Shown here: positions 18,663 through 20,000 of the stretch, one piece after another
Numbering within the stretch: position 1 is the stretch's first letter
Layout: the number at the start of each line of letters is the position of its first letter
Virus record (IMG/VR): IMGVR_UViG_3300037634_007270
From: an uncultured virus (IMG/VR IMGVR_UViG_3300037634_007270)
Lineage: Duplodnaviria > Heunggongvirae > Uroviricota > Caudoviricetes
Strand: one strand, 5' to 3'
DNA: 20,000 nt
Notes under the pieces: generated by a model
What the model was told of the DNA's origin: nothing
The model's input: the letters and a program-made list of their open reading frames with translations, nothing else
Databases searched by the model: none
Translations under genes and position numbers: made by a program

Positions 18663-19013
18663 ATGCGCATCACAAAGACACAGCTTAAGAGACTTATTAA
18701 AGAAGAGTATAGCTCTATGAACGAGGGAGGACTTGAAACCCCTCAAAATGTAGGGCAGCTGCTCGACCAGATTGAAGCTAAGATGGGTACCTATATGGGC
18801 ACGATTGATGACATAAGAGAGATGATGACATTTATATTGGGAATAATAGACAAGGTTGTTGAACACCCACAAAATGAGACAGATTTTACACAATCTGAGG
18901 AAATAACCTCTTTGCGCAATTTGTCAAGAGTGCTCTTGAAAAAATCCCAACTGGTGGCGAAAGGAACTGCGGGTACCCCTGAAGGCGCCTCAGCCGCTGA
19001 CTCGGATCTATAA
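18663..19013 (+). CDS. Hypothetical helical protein (116 aa) with MRITKTQLKRLIKEE leader; possible internal head protein
   Basis: AGGAG SD; basic amphipathic N-terminus ending IKEE...MNE. Function is inference. Confidence 0.7.
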   Translation: MRITKTQLKRLIKEEYSSMNEGGLETPQNVGQLLDQIEAKMGTYMGTIDDIREMMTFILGIIDKVVEHPQNETDFTQSEEITSLRNLSRVLLKKSQLVAKGTAGTPEGASAADSDL

Positions 19014-19033
19014 AAAACACAAGGAAAACAAAC

Positions 19034-19273
19034 ATGTTTAAAAACTTTATTAATGACGAGAGCGGCGCAACCGCTATGGAATACGGTGTCATCACCGCAA
19101 CACTTGGCGCAGCAATTGCTGTTACTTCTTGGTTCTTTGGAGGAATGCTCTCCTCTATGTTCTTCTCAATGGGCGACTGCATCGCAATGGACTTTGATCC
19201 TGCGTGCTACAGTGTCCATGCGAACGACTTCCAGGGAATGGGCGAAGAGCCTGCTTGGTGGCCGCACGCATAG
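19034..19273 (+). CDS. flp: Flp/Fap family type IVb (Tad) prepilin
   Basis: MFKNFINDESG|ATAMEYGVITATLGAAIAVTSWFFGG: F-x-x-D-E-x-G leader, cleavage Gly, Glu+5/Tyr+6 Flp motif, then a hydrophobic helix; AAGGA SD 19021-19025. Confidence 0.88.
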   Translation: MFKNFINDESGATAMEYGVITATLGAAIAVTSWFFGGMLSSMFFSMGDCIAMDFDPACYSVHANDFQGMGEEPAWWPHA

Positions 19274-19284
19274 AGGGCTAGCAA

Positions 19285-19782
19285 GTGAAACTATTGCTTG
19301 AAAATTGGCGGGAGTATCTTAACGAGGCTGAAGATCCGAAACATCTAGATGAACTGGAAAGCTTTCTGAAAAATATTGCTATTCTCGTACAGGCAGCAGA
19401 AGATGCAGGTGGAGAGCTTGAAGAAGGCGCGGGGAGGAAGGCTAGAATGGCCAGACAATCCAGGAGGGAGCATACTAGAAAGATCAAAGAAATGGTTGGA
19501 TTAGCTGGAATTAAATTTGCAGATTTCACGCCTGAACAGAAAAATCTTTATAAAACAGCCAAAGAGGAACTCAGGCAGGAGGAGCAAGACACGATAACAT
19601 ATTCTATACTCAAACTTGAAACCGGAAATATTCTTGAAGTTCCGATTATCAGGCAACTAGTCGCTCTCGGGGGCATGCCATTAAAGTTAGCGCTGACTGC
19701 GGCCGTCGCCGAGTGCAGCAATAATCTGACTCTTACATGTTTGACTAAATATTATACAGCCAACGCGCAAACGGGGGGCTAG
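19285..19782 (+). CDS. Hypothetical protein (165 aa, GTG start) with MKLLLENWREYLNE leader; possible internal head protein
   Basis: GAGGG SD before GTG 19285; acidic N-terminal third with LLE, LNE, LDE, LEE, then a basic stretch GRKARMARQSRREHTRK. Confidence 0.7.
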   Translation: MKLLLENWREYLNEAEDPKHLDELESFLKNIAILVQAAEDAGGELEEGAGRKARMARQSRREHTRKIKEMVGLAGIKFADFTPEQKNLYKTAKEELRQEEQDTITYSILKLETGNILEVPIIRQLVALGGMPLKLALTAAVAECSNNLTLTCLTKYYTANAQTGG

Positions 19783-19859
19783 GCTTTGAATGTCTTGGTA
19801 ACAGAATACAAAGTTTGTCGAGAAAAAGCTATTTTACGAGGAGCTTAAATAAAAAACGC

Positions 19860-19888
19860 TTGACAGCACCTCCCTTCCGTGTTATATT
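19860..19888 (+). promoter_or_regulatory. Sigma70-type promoter with extended -10 and A-rich upstream tract
   Basis: TTGACA 19860-19865, 17-nt spacer, TG 19880-19881, TATATT 19883-19888; AAATAAAAAA just upstream. Confidence 0.85.
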
Positions 19889-19903
19889 ATAACTGAATGA
19901 AGA

Positions 19904-19917
19904 GTGGCTTAAGCCAC
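19904..19917. promoter_or_regulatory. Perfect 14-bp palindrome GTGGCTTAAGCCAC (operator or 5'-UTR hairpin)
   Basis: Self-complementary; lies between the -10 box and the AGGGG SD of the next gene. Confidence 0.5.
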
Positions 19918-19928
19918 AGGGGTTCTTT

Positions 19929-20000
19929 TTGAGGATAGCACACATAGCGGACACCCATATCCGCAACTATAAGTATCATAGAGAGTATCGAGCAGTATTC
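19929..20000 (+). CDS. sbcD: Mre11/SbcD-like (T4 gp47-like) metallophosphoesterase nuclease, 3'-truncated, TTG start
   Basis: Not in the ORF track. Translates (M)RIAHIADTHIRNYKYHREYRAVF, the motif-I H-x-A-D-x-H of calcineurin-like phosphoesterases. In-frame TAA at 19890 limits the start; AGGGG SD upstream; context next to primase and resolvase. Confidence 0.75.
   Translation, partial: MRIAHIADTHIRNYKYHREYRAVF

Larger units (their letters stand above)
1..20000 (+). mobile_element. Segment of a large tailed dsDNA bacteriophage genome (virion module followed by replication/recombination module)
   Basis: Co-oriented, tightly packed genes; very large proteins with tail-like motifs next to a RuvC-like resolvase, a short primase and an Mre11/SbcD-like nuclease; no cellular housekeeping operons; Shine-Dalgarno sites and sigma70 promoters indicate a bacterial host. 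Confidence 0.9.

Noticed and set aside
672..19529. Minus-strand and alternate-frame ORFs of 60-181 aa in the track (e.g. 6972..7517, 6622..7038, 10870..11280, 17437..17709, 19053..19301)
   Set aside because: They overlap longer, motif-bearing + strand genes and show no recognisable motifs; treated as shadow ORFs.
19786..19848. Small TTG ORF (MNVLVTEYKVCREKAILRGA)
   Set aside because: Only 20 aa with no motif or other support.
1..20000. tRNA, rRNA, integrase/transposase, intron/intein or alternative genetic code
   Set aside because: Intergenic gaps are short with no cloverleaf or rRNA-like sequence; no such protein motifs recognised; TAA, TAG and TGA all end genes at sensible boundaries.

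Overview
A 20-kb slice of a large, probably uncultured tailed dsDNA bacteriophage (~40% GC by eye, standard code). All credible genes are on the + strand and tightly packed. 1-17135 is a block of seven putative virion (tail/baseplate-like) genes: a 5'-truncated >1800-aa protein, two >1100-aa proteins with Pro/Thr/Cys-rich inserts, and two apparently paralogous pairs carrying motifs like the two ends of a tail-collar/DUF3751-like domain. From 17159 come replication/recombination genes: a RuvC-like resolvase, a DnaG/T4 gp61-type primase and the start of an Mre11/SbcD (gp47-like) nuclease that the ORF track missed. Each has a near-consensus sigma70 promoter sharing CTTGACA-N12-CGTGT-TATAnT. Between primase and nuclease is a three-gene island: an orphan Flp (Tad type IVb) pilin flanked by two small proteins with amphipathic Glu-ending leaders (possible internal head proteins). 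Other signals are a repeated ATGACTATTTA candidate late promoter, a likely leaderless resolvase mRNA, many GGCGCC/GCCGGC palindromes, and dense [S/T]-[G/A/S]-[S/T] tripeptides in some virion proteins. All functional calls come from motif recognition by eye; no database search was run.
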